DNA of 44,796 nucleotides, from positions 1 through 44,796 of the forward strand of contig WGEZ01000074.1 of NCBI GenBank assembly GCA_015492515.1, in the 5' to 3' direction. The stretch comes from Nitrospirota bacterium. GTDB lineage: Bacteria > Nitrospirota > Thermodesulfovibrionia > Thermodesulfovibrionales > JdFR-85. The notes under the pieces were generated by a model, which was not told the origin of the DNA, did not search any database, and saw only the letters and a program-made list of their open reading frames with translations. Position numbers and translations under genes: made by a program. Of the stretch, positions 9,330 to 17,920 are shown one piece after another; the first letter of the stretch is position 1, and each line of letters begins with the position of its first letter.

Positions 9330-10319
9330 ATGAGACTCGCAGATGTAGGTGAACTCAGGCTCATAGAGGAGCTGAGCGCTCGATTCCCCCCCTTCTCCAA
9401 CGACATAACAGCGGCCATCGGTGACGACGCCGCAGCCCTCGAACTGGACGGACGGACCCTCCTGCTCAGCACCGATATGATGATCGAGGGCGTCCACTTC
9501 GATCCCGCACTCTTCACCCCCTACCAGATCGGCTTCAAGCTCGTCTCCTCCGGCGTGAGCGACATCTTCGCCATGGGTGGAAGGCCTCGGTGGTGCCTCC
9601 TGAACCTGGCGCTCCCTGCAGAGACGGAGGAGTCCTTCCTCGGCCTCTTCCTCGACGGCCTCTCGGAGGCGATGAGGCGATACAGGCTCCAGCTCGTCGG
9701 TGGAGATACGGCGGGCAGCAGGTTGATCAGCACCGCCCTCACCGTGGCCGGCACCGCGGGGGAGAGGCTGATCAGGCGGTCCGGTGCATCCGTCGGCGAC
9801 GGGATCTACGTCTCGGGTCCTCTCGGTGAGGCCTCCTGCGGGTACGAGCTCCTCAAGGTGATCGGCTCTCCCGTGAGGCTCGAGAGGGGTGAGCGGTGCA
9901 GGCTGCCGATCTCCTGGAGGAGCGCCGAGGCGCTGCTGAGGCGGTTCCTCCTGCCCGAGGCGGTGGAGCCTCCGGTACGGGGTGAGCGGATCACCTCGAT
10001 GATAGACGTAAGCGACGGGCTCTTCCTCGACCTGACGCGGCTGTGCAGGGAGAGCTCTGTAGGGGCAAGGCTCTATGAGGAGCGGATCCCCGTGACAGAG
10101 GCGCTCAGGGAGTGCTCGGCCTTCCTCGGCCGCGACCCCTACGGGTTCATAACCGCCGGCGGCGAGGACTACCAGCAGCTCTTCACAGCGGGAGGAGATC
10201 TGGACGGTCCTGCCCGGATCGGCGAGGTCACCGAGGAGGGCCTCTACATCGTCAGGAAGGACGGCTCGGAGCAGGAGATCAGACCCGAGGGGTACCAGCA
10301 CTTTGCCGATCAGCGATAG
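9330..10319 (+). CDS. thiL: Thiamine-monophosphate kinase
   Basis: GE..LI, IGDDAA, D...EGVHF, SDIFAMGG.P, LVGGDT, MIDVSDGL, GGEDY, G(Y)QHF. Confidence 0.93.
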   Translation: MRLADVGELRLIEELSARFPPFSNDITAAIGDDAAALELDGRTLLLSTDMMIEGVHFDPALFTPYQIGFKLVSSGVSDIFAMGGRPRWCLLNLALPAETEESFLGLFLDGLSEAMRRYRLQLVGGDTAGSRLISTALTVAGTAGERLIRRSGASVGDGIYVSGPLGEASCGYELLKVIGSPVRLERGERCRLPISWRSAEALLRRFLLPEAVEPPVRGERITSMIDVSDGLFLDLTRLCRESSVGARLYEERIPVTEALRECSAFLGRDPYGFITAGGEDYQQLFTAGGDLDGPARIGEVTEEGLYIVRKDGSEQEIRPEGYQHFADQR

Positions 10320-10734
10320 ATTAAGGTTCATCCTGACCGTCAGAGGGACACCCAGGGGGACCGCCTTCGCCTTCGCCATGGGTGTCTTCATAGGCATCTC
10401 CCCCTTCCTCGGTCTCCACACGGTGATGGCGATCCTCTTTGCCTCCCTCTTCAGGTTGAACAGGCTGGTGACCCTCGCCGGTGCCTACGTGACGAACCCC
10501 TGGACGATCATCCCCATCTACACCTTCGCCACCTGGCTGGGCGCGAAGATGACAGGCTACAGGGGGGCGTTCTCGCAGGTAGAGTTCAGGGACCTGAACG
10601 TCGTCAACCTCTTCAAGCTGCTGAAGGGGCTCGTCGTCCCCTTCTTCGTGGGTACGCTCTTCCTCGGGCTTGTGGCGGGCCTCGCCTCCTACTTCATCGT
10701 CTACCACATGCTGAAACGGATGAGGAGACCCTGA
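10303..10734 (+). CDS. DUF2062-like membrane protein
   Basis: TP...A.AFAMGVFIGISPFLGLHT and NPWTIIPIY pattern; several hydrophobic helices; TTG start overlapping the thiL end. Confidence 0.8.
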   Translation: MPISDRLRFILTVRGTPRGTAFAFAMGVFIGISPFLGLHTVMAILFASLFRLNRLVTLAGAYVTNPWTIIPIYTFATWLGAKMTGYRGAFSQVEFRDLNVVNLFKLLKGLVVPFFVGTLFLGLVAGLASYFIVYHMLKRMRRP

Positions 10735-10778
10735 ACATCAAGGGGCCTTTCTGGATATAAAGTCTGGAGGAGACCTTT

Positions 10779-10855
<77 letters not shown>

Positions 10856-10861
10856 GATTCT

Positions 10862-10891
10862 ATATTAGCCGAACGGGGTTTCCCTTGTCAA
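10862..10891 (-). promoter_or_regulatory. Putative sigma70 promoter of the initiator tRNA
   Basis: Minus-strand TTGACA (10891-10886), 18-nt spacer, TAATAT (10867-10862), 6 nt before the tRNA 5' end. Confidence 0.6.
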
Positions 10892-10922
10892 ACGTACCGA
10901 TCCCAGGCCGAGGATCATAATA

Positions 10923-10951
10923 TTGACAAAGCAATCCACTTATGGTAATTT
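10923..10951 (+). promoter_or_regulatory. Putative sigma70 promoter of htpX
   Basis: TTGACA (10923-10928), 17-nt spacer ending in TGG, TAATTT (10946-10951); back-to-back with the tRNA promoter. Confidence 0.65.
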
Positions 10952-11009
10952 AGATTTCAGGGCATCCGTTCCGGGTGCGAATACAAAGGAACAATCGGAG
11001 GGAAAGGTC

Positions 11010-11858
11010 ATGAATACGTTCAAGACGTTCATACTGCTGCTGTTCATGACCCTCTTCTTCGTCTGGGTCGGCGGTCTGATCGGCGGCAGGGCTGGGATGG
11101 TCACCGCCTTCGTCTTCGCCGTGCTGATGAACTTCTTCGCCTACTGGTTCAGCGACAGGGTGGTTCTCGCCATGCAGAGGGCACGGGAGGTCACAGAGGC
11201 AGAGGCGCCCGAGCTGTACTCGATCGTCAGGAGGCTCGCGCAGAAGGCAGGCATGCCCATGCCCAAGGTCTACATCGTGGACGCCGAGCAGCCGAACGCC
11301 TTCGCCACGGGCAGGAGCCCGAGCCACTCCGCCGTAGCGGTCACCAGGGGGATAATGAGGCTCCTCAGCCCCGAGGAACTCGAGGGCGTGATAGGCCATG
11401 AGCTGGCCCACATCAAGAACAGGGACATCCTGATAAGCACCGTGGCGGCGACCATTGCGGGAGCGATAAGCCTCCTCGCCCAGATGGCCCAGTGGGCGTT
11501 CCTCTTCGGCGGCTACAGGGGTGATGACGACGAAGGCGGACATCCCCTCGTCGCCCTGATAATGATGCTGATCGCACCCATCATAGCGATCATCGTCCAG
11601 ATGGCCGTCTCCAGGGCGAGGGAGTATGCCGCCGACGAGAGGGGCGCACGGATAGCGGGCACGCCGGTACACCTGGCAAACGCCCTGCGGAAGCTCCATT
11701 ACGCCTCGGAGAGGATACCGATGCACGCCAGCCCCGCCACATCCCATCTCTTCATAGTTAACCCCCTCACGGGAAAGAACGTCATGAAGCTCTTCAGCAC
11801 CCACCCTCCCGTGGAAGAGCGGATCAGACGTCTGCAGGCCATGAGTCTTCAGGCTTGA
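11010..11858 (+). CDS. htpX: Zinc metalloprotease HtpX
   Basis: [13 protein letters not shown] (HExxH), [28 protein letters not shown] 11010 follows a ggagg RBS; the ORF-track start at 10923 falls in the promoter. Confidence 0.96.
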   Translation: MNTFKTFILLLFMTLFFVWVGGLIGGRAGMVTAFVFAVLMNFFAYWFSDRVVLAMQRAREVTEAEAPELYSIVRRLAQKAGMPMPKVYIVDAEQPNAFATGRSPSHSAVAVTRGIMRLLSPEELEGVIGHELAHIKNRDILISTVAATIAGAISLLAQMAQWAFLFGGYRGDDDEGGHPLVALIMMLIAPIIAIIVQMAVSRAREYAADERGARIAGTPVHLANALRKLHYASERIPMHASPATSHLFIVNPLTGKNVMKLFSTHPPVEERIRRLQAMSLQA

Positions 11859-11939
11859 CTCCTGGCCTGCCTATCAATCAAAATATCACGTCGCTGTTAG
11901 CCGTACAACCCGGGGCATGACCGCCTTGGCCCAACGGAG

Positions 11940-12944
11940 ATGAAGGCACTTGTCACAGGAGCTACAGGCTTCATCGGAAGTCACCTTGTCGAGGCCCTGC
12001 TGTCCAGGGGCTACAGTGTCAGGTGTCTCGTAAGGGCGTCATCAAACCTCAGGTGGTTGGAGTCCCTGCCCGGATCCGGATCAGCCGACGCTCCTTCCCT
12101 CGGCAGCCCCTCGGTAGAGCTCTTCCGCGGAGACTGCGAGGAGATCGAGAGCCTGAAAGAGGCGGTCAAGGGCTGTGAGTATGTGTTCCACGTGGCGGGT
12201 GTTACGAAGGCGCGGCAGAACGACGAGTTCTTCTCTGTGAACGCCGGGGGCACGGAGAACCTGATCCATACCATACTGAACAACGGGGTCGAGCTGAAGA
12301 GGTTCGTCCTCCTGAGCAGCCTCGCCGCCGTGGGGCCGAGCCTCAACGGCACGCCCGTCAACGAGGAGACGGAACCCCGCCCTGTCTCCTTCTATGGAAA
12401 GAGCAAGCTCGAGGCGGAGATGATCGTTGCAAAGGTCAAGGACAGGATACCGACAACGATCATCAGACCCCCGGCGGTCTACGGTCCGAGGGACAGGGAC
12501 CTCTATCTGTTCTTCAAGCTGATAAAATCAGGGTTCTACCCCTACTGGGGCAGGGCGTACTACTCCCTCATCTATATCGATGACCTGATAAATGGTATAA
12601 TACTCTCTGCAGAGAGTGAAGGCGCCGTAGGGAAGGTCTTCTTCATCTCCGACATGGAGGTACATACCAACGAGGAGATCGCCGCCGAGATAGCGCGGAT
12701 ATTCGAGAAGCAACCGGCAAGGGTGAGGGTGCCGAAGGGGATGATGACCCTCTTCGGTCTGGTCGGTGAGAGGCTCTTCCCGGGCGGCATAATAAACAGG
12801 GACAAGGTGCGGGAGCTCCGTCACGCCTGCTGGGTGTGCGACTCCACGCTGGTGAACAGGGAACTCGGATACAATCCTTCCGTGAGGTTGAGAGAGGGTG
12901 TGAGATGGACGGCGGACTGGTACAGGATAAACAGGTGGCTATGA
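11940..12944 (+). CDS. Extended SDR (NAD-dependent epimerase/dehydratase family), candidate 3-keto-ceramide reductase
   Basis: TGATGFIG Rossmann motif, catalytic [15 protein letters not shown]; stop overlaps the next ATG (ATGA). The specific function is inferred from context. Confidence 0.8.
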   Translation: MKALVTGATGFIGSHLVEALLSRGYSVRCLVRASSNLRWLESLPGSGSADAPSLGSPSVELFRGDCEEIESLKEAVKGCEYVFHVAGVTKARQNDEFFSVNAGGTENLIHTILNNGVELKRFVLLSSLAAVGPSLNGTPVNEETEPRPVSFYGKSKLEAEMIVAKVKDRIPTTIIRPPAVYGPRDRDLYLFFKLIKSGFYPYWGRAYYSLIYIDDLINGIILSAESEGAVGKVFFISDMEVHTNEEIAAEIARIFEKQPARVRVPKGMMTLFGLVGERLFPGGIINRDKVRELRHACWVCDSTLVNRELGYNPSVRLREGVRWTADWYRINRWL

Positions 12945-14128
12945 CCAAGGACGACCTCTTCGCAAAGTGTTTCAGGTTCAGGAAGGCGCGGGAGATAATG
13001 GAGCTCGGCCTCTACCCGTACTTCCGCGTAATCGAGAGCGCCCAGGACCCGGTGGTCTACCTCAGGGGCAGACGGATGATCATGGTGGGCTCGAACAACT
13101 ATCTGGGGCTCACCAACGACCCGCGGGTGAAGGAGGCGGCCGTCAGGGCGATCCAGCGGTACGGCACCGGCTGTGCCGGCTCGCGGTTCCTGAACGGGAC
13201 CCTCGACATACACATCCAGCTCGAAGAGAAGCTGGCCCGTTTCATGAAGAGGGAGGCCGCCCTCGTCTTCTCCACGGGGTTTCAGGTGAACCTCGGGGTG
13301 ATCTCCGCACTCGTGGGCAAGGACGACGCGGTCCTGATCGACAAGATGGACCATGCGAGCATCATCGACGGCTGCAGACTCTCCTACGGTGAGATAAAGA
13401 AGTTCCGTCACAACGACATGAACGACCTCGAGAGGGTGCTGATCAACAGCCGGGGCAAGGGGAAGCTGATCGTCGTCGACGGCGTCTTCAGCATGGAGGG
13501 CGATATCATCGACCTGCCCGAGGTGGTGAGGCTCGCCGAACAGTACGGTGCACGGGTGATGGTCGACGACGCCCACGGCATAGGCGTGCTGGGCAGCACC
13601 GGCCGGGGAACGTGCGAGCACTTCGGCCTGGAGAAGAAGGTGGATCTGATCATGGGCACCTACAGCAAGTCCCTCGCCTCGATAGGCGGCTTCGTGGCCG
13701 GTGACGAGGAGATCATCCACTACATCAAGCACTTCGCCCGTTCCCTGATATTCAGTGCGAGCCCTCCGCCGGCGTCGGTGGCCGCCGTCAGTGCGGCCCT
13801 GGACATCATCGAACAGGAACCGGAACGGATCCAGAGGCTGTGGCAGAACACCAACAGGATGTTCAACACCTTCAAGGAGCTCGGCTTCGAGGTCGGCCCC
13901 AGCCAGACCCCGATCATACCCGTGATCGTGAGGGAGGACAGCACGGCCTTCAGGATGGCCATGATGCTCCAGGAGGAGGGCGTCTTCGCCAACGTGGCGG
14001 TGAGTCCAGCGGTGCCGAACGGAAAGGCCCTCATAAGGACAAGCTACATGGCCACCCACACGGACGAGCACCTCGACATAGTGACCGAGGCGTTCAAGAA
14101 GGTGGGCAAGAGCCTCGGCCTCATCTGA
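12941..14128 (+). CDS. PLP-dependent alpha-oxoamine synthase, probable serine palmitoyltransferase
   Basis: [48 protein letters not shown] and PLP-lysine motif [12 protein letters not shown]; N-terminal G.YPYFR.IES resembles bacterial Spt more than BioF or Kbl. Confidence 0.82.
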   Translation: MTKDDLFAKCFRFRKAREIMELGLYPYFRVIESAQDPVVYLRGRRMIMVGSNNYLGLTNDPRVKEAAVRAIQRYGTGCAGSRFLNGTLDIHIQLEEKLARFMKREAALVFSTGFQVNLGVISALVGKDDAVLIDKMDHASIIDGCRLSYGEIKKFRHNDMNDLERVLINSRGKGKLIVVDGVFSMEGDIIDLPEVVRLAEQYGARVMVDDAHGIGVLGSTGRGTCEHFGLEKKVDLIMGTYSKSLASIGGFVAGDEEIIHYIKHFARSLIFSASPPPASVAAVSAALDIIEQEPERIQRLWQNTNRMFNTFKELGFEVGPSQTPIIPVIVREDSTAFRMAMMLQEEGVFANVAVSPAVPNGKALIRTSYMATHTDEHLDIVTEAFKKVGKSLGLI

Positions 14129-14148
14129 CCCGCCCCTTCGGACCCCCT

Positions 14149-15252
14149 GTGTTGAAGATAATCGAGGTGAGAAGAGACGAGGAGATGGAGGAGTTCATCA
14201 AGCTCCCCTTCGCCCTCTACAGGGATGACCCCTTCTTCAGCCCCGAGCTCCTGAGGGACCAGAGGGAGTACTTCTCCGCATCCAACCCCTTCTTCGACCA
14301 CGCCGACGTGAGGTTCTTCATAGCCAGGAGGGATGGAGAGACAGCCGGCAGGATCGCCTCCATCGTAAACCACGACCACCTGAGGTACTGGGGTGAGAGG
14401 GCGGGCTTCTTCGGCTTCTTCGAGTCGGTGAACGATCCTGCCGCCGCAGAGGCCCTCCTGGAGAGGGTGAGGACGGAGCTCCTGCAGGCCGGGATGGCCC
14501 TCATGAGGGGGCCGATGAACTTCTCCACGAACGAGCAGTGCGGCTTCCTGATCGAGGGCTTCCAGTACCCGCCGATGCTCATGACCCCCTACAACCCGCC
14601 CTACTATCCGGAGCTGATGCAGCGGTACGGGATGGTGAAGGCGAAGGACCTCCTGGCATTCATAGCCGGGGTGCCGGAGGCCCTCCCCGGGAAGATAGAA
14701 CGCGCGGCGCTGATGGCTGAACAGAGGGGGATAAGGGTCCGCCGGCTGGAGAAGAGGAGGCTCGTTGAGGAGCTCCGGGCCTTCAAGGAGGTCTACAACG
14801 AGGCATGGGGGAGAAACTGGGGCTTCCTGCCCCTGACGGATGACGAACTCGAATACATGGGCAGGAGGCTGAAGCCCGTCATCTCACCGGAGATGACGCT
14901 CATCGCCGAGAAGGACGGCGAGCCCGTCGGCTTCCTCGGCCTCGTCCCCGACTTCAATCTCGTCCTCCGGAGGATGAAGGGGCGCCTTTCCCCAGTATCG
15001 ATCATCAAGGCCCTGTACTACAGGAGCAGGATAAGGGACCTCAGGCTCCTGCTGCTGGGCGTGAAGGCCTCCTTCAGGCGGAGGGGCGTGGATGCCCTGC
15101 TCTTCAGGGAGGGGTTCAAGGCCGTACGGGGAAGGTACGAACGGGTGGAGTTCTCCTGGATACTGGAGGACAACACACCGGTGCTGAGGCTGGTCGATAT
15201 CATCGGGGCGAGGCGGTACAAGAGGTACAGGGTGTACGAAAGACCTCTATGA
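14149..15252 (+). CDS. GNAT-fold acyltransferase, probable bacterial ceramide synthase (bCerS/YghO-like)
   Basis: FIKLPFALYRDDP, NPFFDHA, GRIA, GFFGFFES.ND, RGPMNFSTNE.CG.LIEGF, PYNPPYY, NEAW..NWGF.P, E.SWILEDN, K.YRVYE. Start is GTG 14149 or TTG 14152; the ORF-track extension to 13840 overlaps the upstream gene. Confidence 0.78.
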   Translation: MLKIIEVRRDEEMEEFIKLPFALYRDDPFFSPELLRDQREYFSASNPFFDHADVRFFIARRDGETAGRIASIVNHDHLRYWGERAGFFGFFESVNDPAAAEALLERVRTELLQAGMALMRGPMNFSTNEQCGFLIEGFQYPPMLMTPYNPPYYPELMQRYGMVKAKDLLAFIAGVPEALPGKIERAALMAEQRGIRVRRLEKRRLVEELRAFKEVYNEAWGRNWGFLPLTDDELEYMGRRLKPVISPEMTLIAEKDGEPVGFLGLVPDFNLVLRRMKGRLSPVSIIKALYYRSRIRDLRLLLLGVKASFRRRGVDALLFREGFKAVRGRYERVEFSWILEDNTPVLRLVDIIGARRYKRYRVYERPL

Positions 15253-16437
15253 GCCCGCCCTCTTCAGGACGACGGCAGCGTGTATCCCGCCGAAGCCGAA
15301 GGAGCAGCTCAACGCTGCATCCACCTTGACCCTCAGAAGGGTTCCGCTCAGGTTCAGGTCGCACTCCGGGTCCGAGACGTTCACCGTCGGCGGCACCACA
15401 CCCTCATGGAGGCCCACAGCAGTGGCCGCCACCTCGAGCGCACCGGAGGCTGCGAGCATATGGCCCGTCATGGACTTGTTCGCCGTCACCATCACTGCCC
15501 TCCCTCCGAAGACCTCCCTCAACGCCCGGGCCTCGGTCCTGTCTCCCTGGACGGTGGAGGTCCCGTGGGCGTTGACCATCCCTATATCCTCGGGGCTCAG
15601 CCCGGCGTCCCGGATCGCCAGCCTGATCGTCTCGACCTCACCGGTCTCGGAGGGTGCCGTCTGGTGGGTCCCCTCGTTTATGCTTGCATAGCCGGCGATC
15701 TCGGCATAGACGGTGGCTCCCCTGCCGAGGGCTGCCTCCATCTCCTCCAGCATCAGGATGCAGGCGCCCTCTGAGAGGACGAACCCGTCCCTCGCCCTGT
15801 CGAAGGGCCTGCTCGCCGTGGCGTCCGTGCCCCTGGAGAGGGCCCCGGTCCTCCCGTAGCCCTCGAGGCAGAGCCTGCAGAGGGGTGCCTCCGCACCGCC
15901 GGCGAGGGCTGCATCTGCATAGCCGTCCCTTATCAGCCTGTAGGCCTCACCGACGGCCACGGTACCCGAGGCGCAGGCGTTCGAGACACCGAGGCAGTAT
16001 CCCCTGAGGCGGAGCCTCTGGGCGATGTAGGAGGGGGCCATGCCGATGGTCGTCGAGGGCATCAGGTAGGCTGAGAGGGGCCTCCCCTCCCCCAGGCTCG
16101 CCTTGAGGGAGTCCTCGATCCTGGTTATCCCGCCCCTGCTCGAACCGATTATCACCATCGTATCGGCCCCGGGGCTTACGGAGGCGTCCTCAACGGCGCT
16201 GACGGCGCTTGAGAGGGCGTACTGGATGAAGGGGTCGAGGCGGTTCATCTCCCTCTGACTGACGAAGGGGGGGCTGCCCTTGATCTCGCCGGCCACCTTC
16301 CACGGTATGTCATCCACCCTCACCCTGCTGCACCTGGAGATCCCCGAGACCCCCTCCTTCATCGCCTCCCAGGTCCGGCGGAAGGAGAGCCCCAGGGGTG
16401 TAACCGCCCCGACCCCTGTCACGACCACCCGCCTCAC
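15247..16437 (-). CDS. Beta-ketoacyl-ACP synthase II family protein (FabF-like)
   Basis: RRVVVTG.G.VTPLG, catalytic Cys in NACASG, SRPFD..RDGFV..EG, His in NAHGTST, His in KSMTGH.L.A.G, SFGFGG. Confidence 0.9.
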   Translation of the reverse strand: MRRVVVTGVGAVTPLGLSFRRTWEAMKEGVSGISRCSRVRVDDIPWKVAGEIKGSPPFVSQREMNRLDPFIQYALSSAVSAVEDASVSPGADTMVIIGSSRGGITRIEDSLKASLGEGRPLSAYLMPSTTIGMAPSYIAQRLRLRGYCLGVSNACASGTVAVGEAYRLIRDGYADAALAGGAEAPLCRLCLEGYGRTGALSRGTDATASRPFDRARDGFVLSEGACILMLEEMEAALGRGATVYAEIAGYASINEGTHQTAPSETGEVETIRLAIRDAGLSPEDIGMVNAHGTSTVQGDRTEARALREVFGGRAVMVTANKSMTGHMLAASGALEVAATAVGLHEGVVPPTVNVSDPECDLNLSGTLLRVKVDAALSCSFGFGGIHAAVVLKRAGS

Positions 16438-16928
16438 CGGCCCTCCACGGGCCCTCCGGAGAGCCTCCGTCTCAGCTCCATGGCCTCCCTCAACAGCCCG
16501 ACCACCCGGCGGTAGGGCCTGCCCGCGTCCTCGGTCATCCGTTCCAGGAGCTGCTCACAGAAGTACCAGGTACACCTGAAGGGCCTCAGCCACCTCGGCC
16601 TCCTGCAGCCCCTGTCGGAGAGGTGTTCGCAGGGTTCGTCGGGGTCCCTCCCGGCAGCGCCCTGGAGAGGGAGCCCGAGGGCGGAGATGTAGCGGAGGTC
16701 GTCTTCCTCGTAGGAGGCGTGCCTCTGCCTGCAGCAGACATCCCTGCATCGGGGGCATACCTCCGAGGTGTAGCCCTCTATGAGGGGGCTGACCTCCTCG
16801 AGGAGCTCCTTCAGCCTGAGGGCGAGGGCCTCCCTCTGGAGGGGCACCGAAGGGGCCGACTCCTCCGTGCCCGATGAAGCCGCATCAGGGGCAGATCCTC
16901 CGGAGGTGATGGGACGGAAAGGCTTCAC
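16434..16928 (-). CDS. Cys-rich protein, YkgJ-like (CxxCxxxCC) putative Fe-S/Zn-binding
   Basis: CPRCRDVCC...PC.HL...GC......RP.RC.WYFC, 8 Cys; stop overlaps the GTG start of the FabF-like gene. Confidence 0.65.
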   Translation of the reverse strand: MKPFRPITSGGSAPDAASSGTEESAPSVPLQREALALRLKELLEEVSPLIEGYTSEVCPRCRDVCCRQRHASYEEDDLRYISALGLPLQGAAGRDPDEPCEHLSDRGCRRPRWLRPFRCTWYFCEQLLERMTEDAGRPYRRVVGLLREAMELRRRLSGGPVEGR

Positions 16929-16968
16929 GGAATATTATATCAATTCCGGGCCTGCGACGGGGAATGCC

Positions 16969-17712
16969 TCACTTCTTCAGCTTCCTCGGTGTGATCCCGT
17001 AGGTCTTCTTGAAGAGGGTGGAGAAGTACTTGGGGCTGTAACCGAGCCTCACCGATACATCGGATATGCTCTGCTCACCCTCCTTGATCAACTGGAGGGC
17101 GTGGGCCATCCTCAACCGCCTGATGTAGCCGTTGCAGGTGTGCCCCGTCAGGGTCTTGAAGTACTTGCAGAGGTAGACCCTGTTCAGGCCCGATACGGAG
17201 CAGATGTCGGATATGGTGATGGGGAGCATATAGTTGTTGTCGATGTAGGTCTTGGCCTTCAACAGCTTCGGGAGCACCTGAGGGGGGATCTTGAGGGTCT
17301 CGAAGATCTCCGTATCCATGCCGATCCTCGAGTACCGCTTCTCGTGTATCGCCTTGATCTTCTCCACCAGTTCGGTGAAGCTGAAGGGCTTCTTTATGTA
17401 ATCCCTCGCCCCGAGCCTGAACGCCCTCAGGCACATGTCCTCCGTACCGTAGGCGGTGATGATGATCACCGGTACGGAAGGAGCCCTCTCCTTGATGTGT
17501 TTCAGCACCTCGAGGCCGCTCATGTCCGGCAGTATGATGTCGAGGACGACCACCTCCGTATCCTGGGAGATGTGCTCCAGCGCCTCGGCGCCGCTGGTGA
17601 CATGGATCACCTCGGGCGCGCCCTTGCCGAGTTTGAGGCAGAGAAGCTCCTTGAGGCACTCCCCCTGCTCCTTCTCGTCTTCAACTATCAGGATCTTCTT
17701 CCTTTTTTTCAC
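16969..17712 (-). CDS. Response regulator with AraC-type HTH
   Basis: REC motifs ILIVEDE, VLDIILP, IITAY, YIKKP; C-terminal YLCKYFK..TG......I...R...A..L.....S...V...LGY...YFS.LFKK.YG.TP. Confidence 0.92.
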   Translation of the reverse strand: MKKRKKILIVEDEKEQGECLKELLCLKLGKGAPEVIHVTSGAEALEHISQDTEVVVLDIILPDMSGLEVLKHIKERAPSVPVIIITAYGTEDMCLRAFRLGARDYIKKPFSFTELVEKIKAIHEKRYSRIGMDTEIFETLKIPPQVLPKLLKAKTYIDNNYMLPITISDICSVSGLNRVYLCKYFKTLTGHTCNGYIRRLRMAHALQLIKEGEQSISDVSVRLGYSPKYFSTLFKKTYGITPRKLKK

Positions 17713-17920
17713 CCTTTGGCCCTGAAAAGCTTTCTGGTGTCTTATCAGTTTATCATTACGGGGGGGAAAAATCTACCAACAAACGTTAACAATCCGGTAC
17801 GATATCGTTTAATTTTGTAGGCACTTCAAGTACAAGATGGACCCCGAGGACCCACGTTATTGCAACGACCGCTCCCTTTCGGTTATATTAATTGATTACA
17901 TGGCCTTCGTCTTCACGGGC

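Noticed and set aside
12941-14128. Annotation as BioF (8-amino-7-oxononanoate synthase)
   Set aside because: No other bio genes nearby; motifs and the SDR/GNAT neighbours fit Spt better, though BioF or Kbl is not formally excluded.
17713-17920. AT-rich divergent region upstream of uvrA, searched for an SOS/LexA box
   Set aside because: Only short palindromes (acgatatcgt, gttaac); no LexA consensus I can support.
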